64,000 nucleotides of DNA from Octopus sinensis (Eukaryota): the NCBI RefSeq assembly GCF_006345805.1, contig NC_043002.1:80662001-80726000 (forward strand), read 5' to 3'. Made by a program: the position numbers and the translations under genes. Positions within the stretch are counted from its first letter, which is position 1. Every line of letters begins with the position of its first letter. The notes beneath the pieces are model-generated. The model was not told where the DNA came from. It did no database searches and saw only the letters and a program-made list of their open reading frames with translations. Positions 40,436-54,102 of the stretch are shown in pieces.

Positions 40436-40870
40436 GTGAGAGGGAAGAGAGATGGCATTGTAAACAATGAATGAAATAAACATGAAATGAAAAATTCGTA
40501 CAAATAAAAGGTCGTTAAAAACGTTACCGAATATTTAAGTTTGTGTACTTAGTAAATATTTCTTTCATTAATTTATCGCAGTCGTTTGCAAATAGCGAAT
40601 TAAAACTTGAAATGAAAACATTAAAATAGTAAGTGAGATTTTTGCAAATAAAAACGGAAAATTTCGCGGTTGGTATGTCAATACCTGGAGTTGAGAAAAC
40701 CTTTTTTAAAGAAGTGAATCATATATATAAAGGATTATTATTTATTTTTAATAAAAAAGTAAACTGAAGACCCTATTATGTATCCGAGGTCAAATCATTC
40801 AAGCATCGCTCAGCCGTTTCGCTTGAAAAGACAATACACACACACACACACAGAGGTCTATCTTATGATA
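37990..40870 (-). mobile_element. Helitron, internally deleted, with Rep and Pif1-helicase remnants
   Basis: VILAPKNERV, PEFLNSLEPPG..PHKL, NLDP.LCNETRL, IEATIITG, FKRRQFPVRLCFAMSITKAQ, TKNVVYPDAL (Pif1 helicase C-half). SPRKLRNLFAVIL and FPIHERHPAIIHL (Rep). The 5' noncoding part matches 3886-5100. The 3' terminus is not located. Confidence 0.9.
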
Positions 40871-40884
40871 TATATATATATAAA

Positions 40885-41170
40885 AGAATACAAAAAATGT
40901 GACAAGAACTCAAAGCATCCAGATAGATGATACAAAACAGGGACAAGAAAAAAGAAGGACGTGTCATTCGGAGTTTTCTTTCCTCGGTCGAGTTCCAGAT
41001 CATCTTTGCAATTTCAGCTTGTCATACTCGGGATTGCTCCAATCTGGCCAGCTCCAAAGAAAAACTACACTAATAGAACTAGATTCCTTGGAAGAAAGCT
41101 GCGAATGTATACAGAACCAAGCACGGAAAAAAAACAACAGAAACATGTACACAAATACAAATGTAAATAA
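40885..41170 (-). repeat. Dispersed repeat, same family as 6428-6700
   Basis: Reverse-complement similarity to 6428-6700 over ~250 bp. Confidence 0.7.
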
Positions 41171-41214
41171 CAGAACATACATACACATATATATATATAT
41201 ATCGCCATGCCAAG

Positions 41215-41548
41215 GTACCGCCTTCAAGTATTTCATCGGAGAAGTTGATTCCAGTACTCAATGTCTAACGTTTGGTAATTATTCTTTCGATCGGTTGTGA
41301 GGAACCATTATGTTACGAGAAGCTAAACTAACTAATGCCAGTCGTCAAATGATAGCGGGGGATCATTCTTACACATGTATGTATGTATGTATGTATGTAT
41401 GTATATATGTATGTATGTATATATGTATATAGGTAGGTTGGTAGGTAGGTAGGTAGGTAGGTAGGTAGGTAGGTAGGTAGGTAGGTAGGTAGGTAGGTAG
41501 GTACGCATGTATGTATATGACGGGCTTCTTTCAGTTTCTGCGTACCAA
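41215..41548 (-). mobile_element. Degenerate SINE family A body/tail with internal (TATG)n/(TAGG)n
   Basis: CCATGCCAAGGTACCGCCTTCAAG tail remnant, and GACGGGCTTCTTTCAGTTTCTGCGTACCAAA body remnant at 41519-41548. Confidence 0.55.
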
Positions 41549-41604
41549 AAACAACACCATATATATATTATATATAATAATATATATATATATATATATA
41601 TATA

Positions 41605-41637
<33 letters not shown>

Positions 41638-41638
41638 A

Positions 41639-41727
<89 letters not shown>

Positions 41728-41772
41728 ATTATATTATATAACTATATATATATATATATATAATATTATATA

Positions 41773-41864
<92 letters not shown>

Positions 41865-41867
<3 letters not shown>

Positions 41868-42093
41868 GCGCAATGGCCTAGTGGTTAGGGCAGCGGACTC
41901 GCGGTCGCAAGGATCGCGGTTTCGATTCTCAGACCGGGCGTTTTGTGTGTGTTTATTGACCGAAACACCTAAAAGCTCTATGAGGCTCCGGCAGGGGGTG
42001 GTGATCCCTGCTGTACTCTTTCACCACAATGGCGGTGCCCCAGCATGGCCACAGCTCAAGAGCTGAAACTGAAAAAACAAAAACAAAACAAAA

Positions 42094-42098
<5 letters not shown>
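41865..42098 (+). mobile_element. SINE family D head fused to a CR1-group LINE 3' tail
   Basis: GAGGCGCAATGGCCTAGTGGTTAGGGCAGCGGACTCGCGGTCGCAAGGATCGCGGTTTCGATTC head. From 42031 GGCGGTGCCCCAGCATGGCCACAGCTCAAGAGCTGAAACT, 2 differences from LINE 16212-16251. Confidence 0.8.
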
Positions 42099-42128
<30 letters not shown>

Positions 42129-42715
42129 GGGAGAGAGAGCGAGAGAGAGAGAGAGAGACAGAGACAGACAGACAGGTCAGTAACAGAAATGGGATTCACG
42201 AAATTCTTTATTCAAATCCGCTAGAATTGTTTCGACTCATCCTGCATTTGTACCTTAGAGATGAGATGTGGCTTCACAAGTGGAGGTTTCGTCTTCTCAG
42301 GTGACATTTAAAACAAACACCTCGCTATTTCACTGGCTTCTCATTCTTGATTTTATCCTAGATCTCATTACACTTTCTCTGCAAAAAGACATTCTTAACA
42401 TGCAAGTAGGGTCTCTATCATGTTTTTATCTTCATTGATGAAATCTCTCTACATGAACATGCAATCGCAAAACTCTGGATTCTGGTTCCTCTAATTTTCT
42501 TCAATTTATGGAATCAAAAGTTCATGATGAGGAGGAGAGGAGAAGAAGGATGGAGAGTCAGAGATTTTGACGATGATGTTAGAATATTTTAGTCAGTTGT
42601 GTACCATTTCAGATCATTATCCTCACTTATTTTAATGTATATATTAAAATAACCGATGGTAATGTTCTTAAATGTATATGTTGAGTGTGTGTTTGTATAA
42701 TATATATATATATAT

Positions 42716-42776
<61 letters not shown>

Positions 42777-45577
42777 CATGTATATATATATGTATGAATT
42801 TATATATATATATATAATATATTTACACACACTCATACACATATATATACATATATACATATGCATCCGTGAATATATATGTGTGCATGTTTGTACGTAC
42901 TGTCTCAGTTGTATAGGTTTTTCGCTGGTCAAATGAGTCATTTCAGCTACAAATAGCAGCCAATGTACAACATCTATTTGATCTTAGTTATTTTCGTGAT
43001 TTTCTTTCTTGCTCGCCAGCACAATTATTGGAGATATTGTATCTTTAGAACATCGAATCTGTTGTTGTAAGTCATATCATATTGGTTCCATTTACTGGTT
43101 CATTCTCTACAGAGAGAAAATTATTGAAATTCATTTTCAGTTATAGACATGACTCCATGGGGACCTGGTTAAACTTACGGTGACCTAGTATCGAAGAAAC
43201 ATCATATACTAATATTTATCCAAAGGATGATTTTTCCAATAAATTTAGCTACCGAAGCAATGATTAACGGGCCAACCAATACATTGATTTAATTCTCCTT
43301 GTTCGCGATAAATATATTTCTCTCTTATTTCAATTCTGTCTTTATTCCTTTTTCACCCCTCACAGTTATTGCATGGATTTGTGCTCGTATTTTCTCTAAC
43401 ATACGCCCTAAAAGGAGACGAAATCCGTTACCTAGTGGTTAGGAAACGGAGCACTCAATCAGAAGACCATGTTTGATACCCGGTCAGAGAAGCATACCAT
43501 ACCTTCGGGCAAGGCACTTTATTCCATGTTACTCCACTTCAATTACATAACAAGAATGCGCATTAAGGCTGACGCAGCGCCTGGAAAACATCAAGTTAGT
43601 AGCAGTGTTAAGGAGTCATTACTGCAGCTAAAAGCACTTAGGCACAAAGAAGGATATGTCTATATATTATCTTTACTTTCCTTTACTCCCTAAACGGTGA
43701 GATCATATTCTCTGTATATCTACATCAGAACTAAAAGCATGATGGTTTCTATTATGCGCAGAAGGCACAAAATTCTTCTGATAGAGCAAACTAATTACAT
43801 TGAGTCCAGTGCTCAATTACTACTATTTTTCTATCTACCTCAAATGAAAGACCTCAATGCTATTTGAACTCAAGTTTTAAGCCCGGATGAAATATCGCTA
43901 AGTATTTTGTCCAGTGTGCTACCCATTCTGCTAACTCACATACACATGCTATCAAGGACCAAGTTCATAGAAGAATACGAAATAGTTCTAGCCACTAGAA
44001 GTTTCGTACTGACTCTCAGTCATCTAGACAATACGGTAAAGATAAAATATTATTTCTACATATGTATTTCAAGATACATCTCACGGATATCCTAAATTTT
44101 ATCATTGATATTCTTGTAGTCTTAGGGGGTCTTCACAGCTTTCGTACACAGCCTTGTTGAGCTTTCCCAGAGGAAGTTAATCAAGTCCCGACTTGCATCT
44201 CAGGACCGACAAGCCACTGGTCTGCTCTGTGTGTCTATGGCTTTCTAGTAACATTCTCTGCAGTTTCATTGATGGATCATATGCTCTCCCACTCACTTTT
44301 TCTTTCAATTATAACTTGAGGCTCAGACAGAGTTTTGTAAAGTGATCGTCCTCATAAGACCACTGCAACCTCGCAGAAATAGAAAGTTTTGAAGTGATTA
44401 AAAATAATTCGTAGCCAGTGCACAACCTTTACATCAATAAGTCGATTCAGTATTGTATTTACATGGTTTTTACGAGTGATGTGTCATAGTTCAACATATC
44501 TATCAATAGTGTTGTATAAGCTGCAGAGTTCAGTATTTGCAATCTGAACATTTTTAGCCATGATTTTCTCCACTCATCTTTAATGTATCATATGGATGTT
44601 CATAATTTGCTTATGTTATTACTATAAGTAAAGTTCACCATATTATCCGATATGACTACGAGAATATTTCCATTATAGAAACATCTACTTTAAATATCAT
44701 ATGAATTTATGTAACGTCTTGAAAAATATAGTGCAAAATTATTGCTTTTCTTCGCATAAATTTGTTATAAGGGTTTTTCAAAGTTTGTGAAAGTGTATGG
44801 TATATTACCTAGGGTCTTACGTAGACGATTATGAGGTAGTTTCAATTTACCTGGAAATTTTAGAAATTCTTTCTCTAAACATCTACTCATAAAATCTGTT
44901 CTTAAATTTTTATCAAATTATCTTGAATTCTGGCGATCTCCAGATGTATCCTCTGCAGTCTAAACCTGCTGAAAGAATATGTATGTTATTATTTGATATA
45001 ACGGTGGTTATGAAAGCAATAGTGGTTTTGGTGGTGGTAGTACCGATGGTGGTCGTGGTTTGAACGGCGCTTGTGATGGTAATGGTAATACTTAACCCAA
45101 GCTTAATTCTGATCAAGCAGACCAGCGATGGAAATTATTTAACTTGAATCCATTGTAAGGACAGTGAGGACTAGATTACCCATTACTTTCTTTATGTAAA
45201 TACGATTATGCAGCATGTGATTTAAGTGTTATTCGACTGCTATTTCTACATGTCTGACCGACCACGCACACGATCACTCGTTGGCTTCTATATAATTTTG
45301 TAATTTGGCACCAGTTCAATTCTGATGAATCATATATAGAATCAAAAGTATTTCAGCTTTGACCATCTCTCCTTTTTATTCATTATGTTCTTCGCAACAA
45401 TACACTGCCCAGTATATCCCTATGGGTTTTTATGGTGGTAGAATATGATATGAGGGAACCTAGACTACTATGTTTAGCACATCGCAAAACCACAGGAGAT
45501 TATTCAGTCATTCCATGTTCACAAGTAGATGTAAGTCTCTATTTATTGTAATTCTCTATCTATTATTTAAGATTTAC

Positions 45578-45980
45578 AAGGCGGCGAGCTTGCAGAATCG
45601 TTAGCACGCCGGGCGAAATGCTTAGTGGTATTTTGTCTTCCGCTACGTTCTGAGTTCAAATTCTGCAGAGGTCGACTTTGCCTTTCATCCTTTCGGGGTC
45701 GATTAAATATGTACCAGTTACGCACTGGGGTCGATATAATCGACTTGATCCGTTTGTCTGTCCTTGTTTGTCCCCTCTTTGTGTAGCCCCTTCTGGACAG
45801 TAAAGCAATAGGTATTTCGTCTGCCGTTACGTTCTGAGTTCAAATTCTGCCGAGGTTGACTTCGCCTTTCATTCTTTCGGGGTCGATAAAATAAGTGCCA
45901 GTTACGCACTAGTGTCGATATTATCGACTAACCCCCTTCCCCCCACAACATTTTCAAGGCTTTATGCCTAGAGTAGAAAT
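45578..45980 (+). mobile_element. tRNA-derived SINE, family B, dimeric form
   Basis: AGGCGGCGAGCTTGCAGAATCGTTAGCACG head. The core ACGTTCTGAGTTCAAATTC..GAGGTYGACTT.GCCTTTCAT.CTTTCGGGGTCGAT occurs twice (~45645 and ~45829). Confidence 0.9.
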
Positions 45981-46239
45981 AATTATTTAAGATGTACGCC
46001 CAAATATATTTAATCTTATCAGCGAAGATAAATGCCTCCTTTCCCAATTGGCCTACCTCTTTCTGGATTTTCTGTATACGCCTGTATAACGTTAACATTA
46101 ATATGCCATGTAGCTTTAAACTATACAAATACATCATACATAGAAAAACATGTTTATATTTGGAACCATGCATTACTAGGTAAAAGACTCTGTTCATACG
46201 CCTTGCTAGAAGACGCAGTCAAATTTCCTTTCTATAACA

Positions 46240-46530
46240 TACTGCAGATTAAAACAAGAGATACATATTGGCAGGTACTCAGGGGAATGCCCGGGAATAT
46301 TGCTGATTTAAGAGAGCTGATACGTGAAAGCATGATGGTTCGGATATTATAAGTGAACTTCAGTTCTGCGTACTTTGAAGTTACAGTGCGAGTCAAGCAA
46401 GACTGTGTGTTAGCACCAACGTTACTGTCGTTATATCTATCAGTGAAACTGGAGGAGGCATTCTGCAATACAAAATCGAATTTTTTGTTCTTATTAATGC
46501 AGACAAGACCGGTTAGAGTCAATGTAGAAC
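46240..46530 (+). mobile_element. RTE-clade RT fragment
   Basis: WQVLRGMPGNIADLRELIRESMMVRIL*..SSAYFEVTVRVKQDCVLAPTLLSLYL resembles the RTE GVKQGCVLAPTLF motif. Confidence 0.65.
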
Positions 46531-46861
46531 AACTACTGTAATGATGAAGCATAATGAAGAAGAAACACGCCTTTTCCCAGACAATCAGATTGTTCATTAT
46601 AACGACACGAGTATTTCAAAGACGTCTTCATTATTGAAATTCTATTCCCCTTCTCATTCGAAGTGGATCATAAATTCCACGAAGCGTATAGTTATTCCAA
46701 TAGTTCAAGAATTTATTAGGTAGTGTTTCAAAATAATCTTATTCTACTTTATTTCTTCTCTATTATTTTAAGTAAGCATTTGTGTATGTACGTATGTATT
46801 TAACTATCTATCTATACATATATATATATATACATACATATAATCCTTACATCCTTAAAAA

Positions 46862-49495
46862 TGTTTTAGCCCGAAGGCCGCGGCCATGCTGGGGGCAACC
46901 ACCGCTGAATGAGCCACACTAGTTTGTGAATCCACCTCTGATACGTGGCACTTGATCAACAAGGGAGTTCGATGCTGCTGCCCGCAATCCGTGTCTCCTG
47001 TCGTGAGGTAGGTTCATCTGGGACTCCCAACAAGAAGAGATCCAGTTTAGTTTTAAAGAACCCACATCCACACCATGTAAGTCTCTCAGGCTTTAGGGAG
47101 GATGTTGAAAAGCTGTGGTCCTCTGAAACCCAGCTGTTGCAGTATCTGGGACCTGTAAGTTTGATGGTGATGTTGGAATCCTTGGCACCACGCAGCGGCG
47201 CCCCGTTCTGCGGTTGGAGGTAACTTTGAATGCCAAAGTGTGGGGATAAGACCCTCCAGGATTTTCCAGATGTATATTACTGCATATCTCTCCCCCTCCG
47301 CTCAGGGAGAAGAGGTTTAATACCTTCAGTCTTTCCCAGTAGCTGACATTTTGCATTGAGACGATTTTCTTTTGTTTGTGTAGCTTCTCTGAGTTGCTTC
47401 GAGTTCTGCTGTTTGTGTTATATTGTGTGGTGACCAAGTTGGAGCAGTAGTCCAAGCGGCTGAGGACAAATGTTTTCCATAGGACATCAGTGTCTCCTTC
47501 TCTCTTGTTCTGAAAGTTCGGAGAATCCATCCAGCTAGCCGTCTGCATTTTATCACCAGATTAGCAATATGCATTTGGAAAGATGTGCATCATTGCTCAT
47601 GTCAATGCCCAGGTCACGCGTGATTTTGACTCAGGGATTGCAATTCTTCCTGGGCCAGTGTATCCAGTCTTCACGTCATTTACCTTTGTGTGCCAGTAGC
47701 GCAAGGGCCTGGAACTTACCTGCAATAAACTGCATGTTGTTGTCCTCAGCCCACCTGTATATTGTGTCCAGCTCATGTTGCAGATGCGCAATATTTTCAG
47801 GGTTCTGTATTGCGTGGGAGACCTTTGTGTCATCTGCATAGCTAGCAAGGGTGGTCATCGTAGCAACTGAAGGCATGTCTGAAAAGGCCACTATGAACAT
47901 CAGTGCCCCAAGACAGTGCCCTGTGGGACACCGCTTGTTATTTGCGTTTCCCTGGAGGTGGCTCCATTGCTCACAACGCCTTCCTTTTTTCTGTCTTTTA
48001 GGAAGTTGTGCAGCCACTCCCAGTTTCCCGCCTATGCCGAGACCACGCAGTTTGTGACAGATCATACCATGGTCGACTTTATCAAAGGCTTTTGCAAAGT
48101 CAAGATATTACATCCACATTTGAGCCATTTAGTAGCTGTTTTCAACACCCAGTCATAGTGTTGCAGGAGCTGTGTTAGGCAGCCTCTACCTGGTCGAAAT
48201 CCATGCTGGGTGTCAGACAGTAAGTCATTCTTTCAAGGAACATGATTAGTTTCTTACGGACTATTCGTTCCATGACTTTGCTGATGTGTGAGGTCAGAGA
48301 GATAGGCCTATAATTTTTAGCATCTGCTCTGCTACCTCCCTTATGGATAGGGCATATTACCCCCTCTTTCAGTTTGACTGGGAGCTTACCACTTGCAAGA
48401 AGCTCTGAAAAAGAAGCTGTAGCGGTTTTGCAAGGGCTCGTTTGCACGATTGAGGAAGGATCGCTGGGAATCCATCGGTCCAGCAGCTGAGTTTGTGTCA
48501 TCTCATCAATGGCTAGTGTGATATCATCTTCTTCGATGTTGATGTACTCAATTTTGTCTCTTTGGCCGCTGGTAAAGTGGCAAAGAATTCTTCTTGGTGT
48601 GTACTTTGCCTGTGTCCTAGAGGTGTAGTGAACACACTTTGGAACTGTTCGTTAGTATTTCACTTATCCTCGTGGGATTCCTGTGAGAGAGCCATCTTTT
48701 TGGAAGAGAGGTCCTATTCTCTGGTGCACTGTGCTGTCTCTTTGGCAAACTTAAAGAAAGCTTAGGGTTTGATTTTATATTTTCTATTACCCAAGCTTCT
48801 TTATCTGCTCTCTCCTTTTCATGGGACTGATGTAGACTTTTCTCAGTTTCCATTAGCATTCTTTCGAGCCGAGACTTCTCACCACTTTTGGTGTGCTTGC
48901 GCTCGGCGGTTTGCAATCCTTGTCCGTCGTCTCATAAGAATCCTCCTTTCTCTAGGGATCCTTTTTTTATTCTTGTGTGTGCTGGCCCTGCACATTGGGA
49001 CATATTTGTCACATATGGCTTGTATTATGGCTGAAGTGTTTGTGTTTCATGTTTATGTCCGGTGTGGAGAGACATTCAGGCAATCCTTTTGAGGATCTCT
49101 TTCTCAATCGACTTCCAGTTGGCTTTATGAAAGTTTAAGTTGGAGAGATGGTGGGTGCTTCGTATAGGCTGTGTGTCTGCGGGGCTTTTGTTCCATACAT
49201 AGACAGCTCTATTATGTTGTGATCCGAGATCATTGTCGCATCACTTAACATTGGATAATATCCATATTGTTTGTAAAGCAGAGATCCAGTATATTCTGCC
49301 CTTGTTGGTTGCAGAACTATTTGCTCCATGAAAGAGGTATTTGTGAGATGGAGCAGGACTCCACCTGTGCCTGCTGATGTGTGGTCATCCCTGGGAGCAT
49401 CTGCCCCCAGGCCATTCCACATTGGGGAGGTTAAGTCTCCCATGAAGAATCACTGTTGTGCTGTTCAAGGTTGGTGAGGACTTCTCCTATTTTTG
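46862..49495 (-). mobile_element. CR1-group LINE ORF2 (endonuclease C-part + RT + 3'UTR), heavily frameshifted
   Basis: MGDL, SDHNIIEL, ENIKSNPK, ICPIHKGGSRADAKNYRPISLTSHISKVMERIV, DFAKAFDKVDH, YADDT, LAGWILRTF, SYWERLKVLNL. 3' motif CCCCAGCATGGCCGCGGCCTTCGGGCTAAAAC. Same family group as 15275-16270. Confidence 0.92.
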
Positions 49496-49502
49496 TTAGA
49501 CA

Positions 49503-49548
<46 letters not shown>

Positions 49549-50949
49549 GTACATATATATATATGTATATAATATATATATATATATATATATAATATAT
49601 ATACATATATACATATATATATATATATACATACCACACATATATATATATATATATTATATATAAACGTACCTTTACATACACACACACATAAATACAT
49701 ACTTACATACATACACGCATACATACATTCATATGCACGTGTATGAGTGTATATGTTAGTGTGTGTACAAACGATGTTCATCTCTATGAACTGATTCAGC
49801 TGATTTAAAATATATCTATATGCTAAGCGTTTTCATATAGAGTAATGGTTGGTATACTGTTGGCGGAAAATTGAAACTTTTATCATCAGCCGGCAAGATT
49901 TTGTCATGAATACTGTTACCTTGTTTTAAACCACAAGACTTTTACGACCGTAGCATGAGACATATCAATTGTTTTCTTTTATCCAGGCTTTGTGCTGCCT
50001 GACGTAGTGCATCATCGAAAAATACCTTTACTTACATGTAGACAATCATCGTCAAATGTTGATGAACTGGCGTAAGATGCTGATATCATACACTATACAT
50101 TGCTTTGGCTGTACGTCTGCTTGATCACAGCTTATCTGTAGTTAAATAACCTCAACATCAAAAAGGAATTACATTAAAAAAACAGCAATGGCGGTTCGTG
50201 GTACAGTCTCCATAAATTCGTTTCTAACGTAAGTTTTGTAATGCTACGTTTTCCTAGTTTATGTAGCATTGCAGAAGCTAGGAAAAATTATAAGCGATTA
50301 CACTAACTCACAAAGATCGGTGCTATTTGTTTTGTAGACATCCGATTGATGAAGAACGCTGTTGAACCAAATAGATCTAAGTTCGACATTAAGTTTCATC
50401 ATTTACAAAATTGCAGTTGAACTAAAACGTCAACGGGATCGACTACGACACAAATAACTATAGCCATCATATAAAATGAAGCTAGACCCACTGGACATTG
50501 AATGCTAGAAGAATGTCCGACACAAGAATATTGTAACAAGAATATTGAATATTGTAAGTGACAAGATTAATGGTCGAAAGGTATATCTAAGAAGCGAAAA
50601 GATTTAATAGCACCAGCGTGGAATCATGCTCTTATTCCAGAAATAAACTAACAGCTAAGAAACTGTAGCTGAAGATAAGATGAGCCGGAAGCAAGCATGC
50701 AAAAAGGGAAGCTGCTGTTGCGCGTTTCATGTAAAATCTCGGCAAAGAATTCGGCGATTGTAATTTCCGCATCTTCAGTTTTTGTGTGGAACTAATCGTC
50801 AAAACCATCGGAATGCATAGTAAACGTGTAAGAAAATCCTTTAACAACACCGATGCAGAAACATTGGTGAACTACTACAAATGAGAGACAGCATGAACAA
50901 CAATCTTTTGACAGGTGTGAACATAAAAACACATAGAAATGCACAACCT

Positions 50950-50999
<50 letters not shown>

Positions 51000-51281
51000 C
51001 CGAGCATATCTGGACATTTAGAATATTTAATCACAGTAAGGTAAATCAAAAAAAGAAAGGTAGAAGTAATTACTTTCACTTCTATTTTGATTTACCTTAC
51101 TCTAATTAAATATTCTAAATGACCAGCGAAACTCGTCCTGCCTTGGTTATGTATTCCTTTTCCTTTAATATATACTTGCTGTCTCGGAAACCCCCTTACG
51201 GATCCCTAGCTCCAACTTCAGCTGTGAACTTGGAACCTAGCGGACGACCAAGTATAGCAGTTACGCAGTTATGCAGCGTAC

Positions 51282-51321
<40 letters not shown>

Positions 51322-51399
51322 ATATTCCACGCTGCAATTGTTTTCGTTCCAGCACACGATCTCAGATCAAGTCACTCGCTATGCAAGTACATCTCCGTA

Positions 51400-51430
<31 letters not shown>

Positions 51431-52239
51431 TATATAAATATTATCAGTTACTCTGTGAAATCCTTCCTTTGATAGGTAATACCGTTTTCGCTTCGCTGGA
51501 AGCTAATATTGTCTGGAGTATATATTAGTGATAATTACATAAAGAGTAAGAGGATGAACAAGTCTCCATACTCTTTATACTCTTTATAATTATTAGTATC
51601 ATATATATATATATATATATATATATGTATAATGCATGTGTGTGAGTGTGTGTGCGTGTATGTAGAAACACCATAGTATGTAAATAATGCATTTGAAGCT
51701 TTCAAAATTTGGTGCAAGGCTATCAGTTTTTAAGGAGAGGGGACAACTCGGTTATACCGACCTCATGTACGTGACTGGCACTTCTGTTATCAACACGGAG
51801 AGAATGATAGGCAAAGTCGACATTGGCGGAAATTGCATGCAAATGAAAATAATAGCTTGTACTAATGCGGGGTTATAAATCCGTCGGAGAGGAAAAGGCC
51901 GTAGAGTGCGGCCAGATGTCTTCTGCACCGAAGAAGAGAAGGTCGATTCCGCAGCTGAGCTCCGTTTTTCTTTCGTTTAAGCAGTTCTTATCCCCACTTT
52001 ACTACAAGGTATCATTTATAGCTGAATTGTATTGTAGATACAGCGTTGAATACATAAACACACGCGCGCAGAAACACACAATAATTGAATAATACTTACA
52101 ATAATTGAATCAATAGCATTAATGCTTCTGAAGTGGATAAACAAGATTTGCAAAACAACATTCTCATCAACAATAGCAACAATAACAACTTAGGTATATA
52201 TCCAGACAAATAAAAAATGGGCAGTAATATTATTATTTT

Positions 52240-52630
52240 ATTCTTTCATCTGTTTCAGTCCAATGGCTGTAGCCATACTGGAGCACCGCCATTGTAGTCA
52301 TTTTTTCCACATTCCACCTTTGTCGGAGCGGCTTTTGGTGAAGAATGAAGTTCGATGCTACTGCCCTCTTTTGAGTTTCTTGCTTAGATATTGGTTCATA
52401 CGGGATCTCGGCGAGCCAGAGGTCAAGTTCACGTTTGAAAACGTCTACATCACATGGGGGCTCCTCAGATGCTTCGGCAGACAGTTAAACAGCTGCAGGC
52501 ACTTGAAACGCAAGCTATTGCAGTACATCGTCCTTGCGCCCTAGATGAAGCAGTCGGCACAGTGAGGACGGCACAGTGACGTCCAAATCGTGGACTGGTA
52601 TAGCTCTTTATTCCAAAGTTTGGTACCATC
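52240..52630 (-). mobile_element. CR1-group LINE 3' end
   Basis: MVPNFGIKSYTSPRFGRHCAV / YCNSLRFKCLQLFNCLPKHLR / DVDVFKRELDLWLAEIPYEP. Tail GGCGGTGCTCCAGTATGGCTACAGCCATTGGACTGAAAC. Confidence 0.85.
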
Positions 52631-52677
52631 TATTATCTTCCATATATATATATATATATATATAATATATATATATA

Positions 52678-52735
52678 TACGTTATATAATTAGGGTTCAG
52701 TAAAATAATTTACTGAACCCTAATTATATAACGTA
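52678..52735. repeat. Perfect 27-bp inverted repeat with 4-nt loop
   Basis: TACGTTATATAATTAGGGTTCAGTAAA ataa TTTACTGAACCCTAATTATATAACGTA. Confidence 0.95.
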
Positions 52736-52831
52736 ATGTTTTAAATAAACCTTAATGATCCTCTTACATACTGACCACTATTTGGTAAAATTAATTAATA
52801 ATTAATTGATTTACTCTTTTATTATTGATTA

Positions 52832-52892
<61 letters not shown>

Positions 52893-53157
52893 TTTTTGAA
52901 ATACAGAAGCACAAGTACAACAGCAACAGGTCTTAAGACGGACAGTGACAGAAACATTAACATGTATCACACACATAAACATATATATGTTTTTCTTGAT
53001 ATCGTTGTTATTATTATTGTCCTCAATAATGCTGTTCAATAGAATGCACCCGATCACTAATGTGTCTGTTCTATCTTTAACATGTTTTCTGTGAAAAAGG
53101 CAACAAAAATATATACTTCTGAGTATCTAATAATGTAGGCAGTACATCCCTCAATCT

Positions 53158-53605
53158 GGCGGCGAGCTGGCAGAATCGTTAGCACGAAATGCTTAGCGCT
53201 ATTTCGACTGTCTTTACGTTTTGAGTTTAAATTACGCCGAGGTCGACTTTGCCTTTCATCTTTTCGGATTGGATAAATTAAGTACCAATTATGTACTGGG
53301 GTAGATCTAATCCACTATCCCCTCCACAAAGAGTTCGGGCCTTGTGCCTAGAGTAGGAAAGAATTTAGCACACCGGGTGAAATGCGTAGCGCTATTTCGT
53401 CTGCCGTTACGTTCTGAGTTCAAATTCCGCCGAGGTCGACTTTGCCTTTCATCCTTTCGGGGTCGTTAAATGAAGTACCAGTTACGCACTGGGCTCGATG
53501 TAATCGACTTAATCCGTTTGTCTGTCCTTGTTTGTCCCCTGTGTTTAGCCCCTTGAGGGTAGTAAAGGGATAGGTATTTCGCCTGCCTTTACGTTCTGAG
53601 TTCTA
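53158..53605 (+). mobile_element. SINE family B tandem cluster (three core starts)
   Basis: Head at 53158. The core TACGTT.TGAGTT recurs at ~53215, ~53408 and ~53590 (truncated). Confidence 0.85.
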
Positions 53606-53690
53606 ATCGACAGGCCTCCTCACCGAAAATTTCTGACCTAGTGCCTAGAGAAGAAAAGAATGTATCTCTCAATCTATATAAATATACATT

Positions 53691-53766
<76 letters not shown>

Positions 53767-53926
53767 TGTGTGTGTGTGTGTATGTGTGTGTGTGTGTGTA
53801 TGTATATGTTTATATTTACATAAATGTGCACTTAAACCCATGTGTAGACACACAAACAAATTTGCATATACATGTATTTCTATGTACATATATTGTTATA
53901 TTGTGGAACGGTCCCTTTTGCCAATC

Positions 53927-54024
<98 letters not shown>

Positions 54025-54028
54025 CAGG

Positions 54029-54084
<56 letters not shown>

Positions 54085-54102
54085 TAGATAGATAGATAGA
54101 TA

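Noticed and set aside
43950-44450. Possible old RTE reverse-transcriptase C-terminal relic
   Set aside because: Too degenerate to support.
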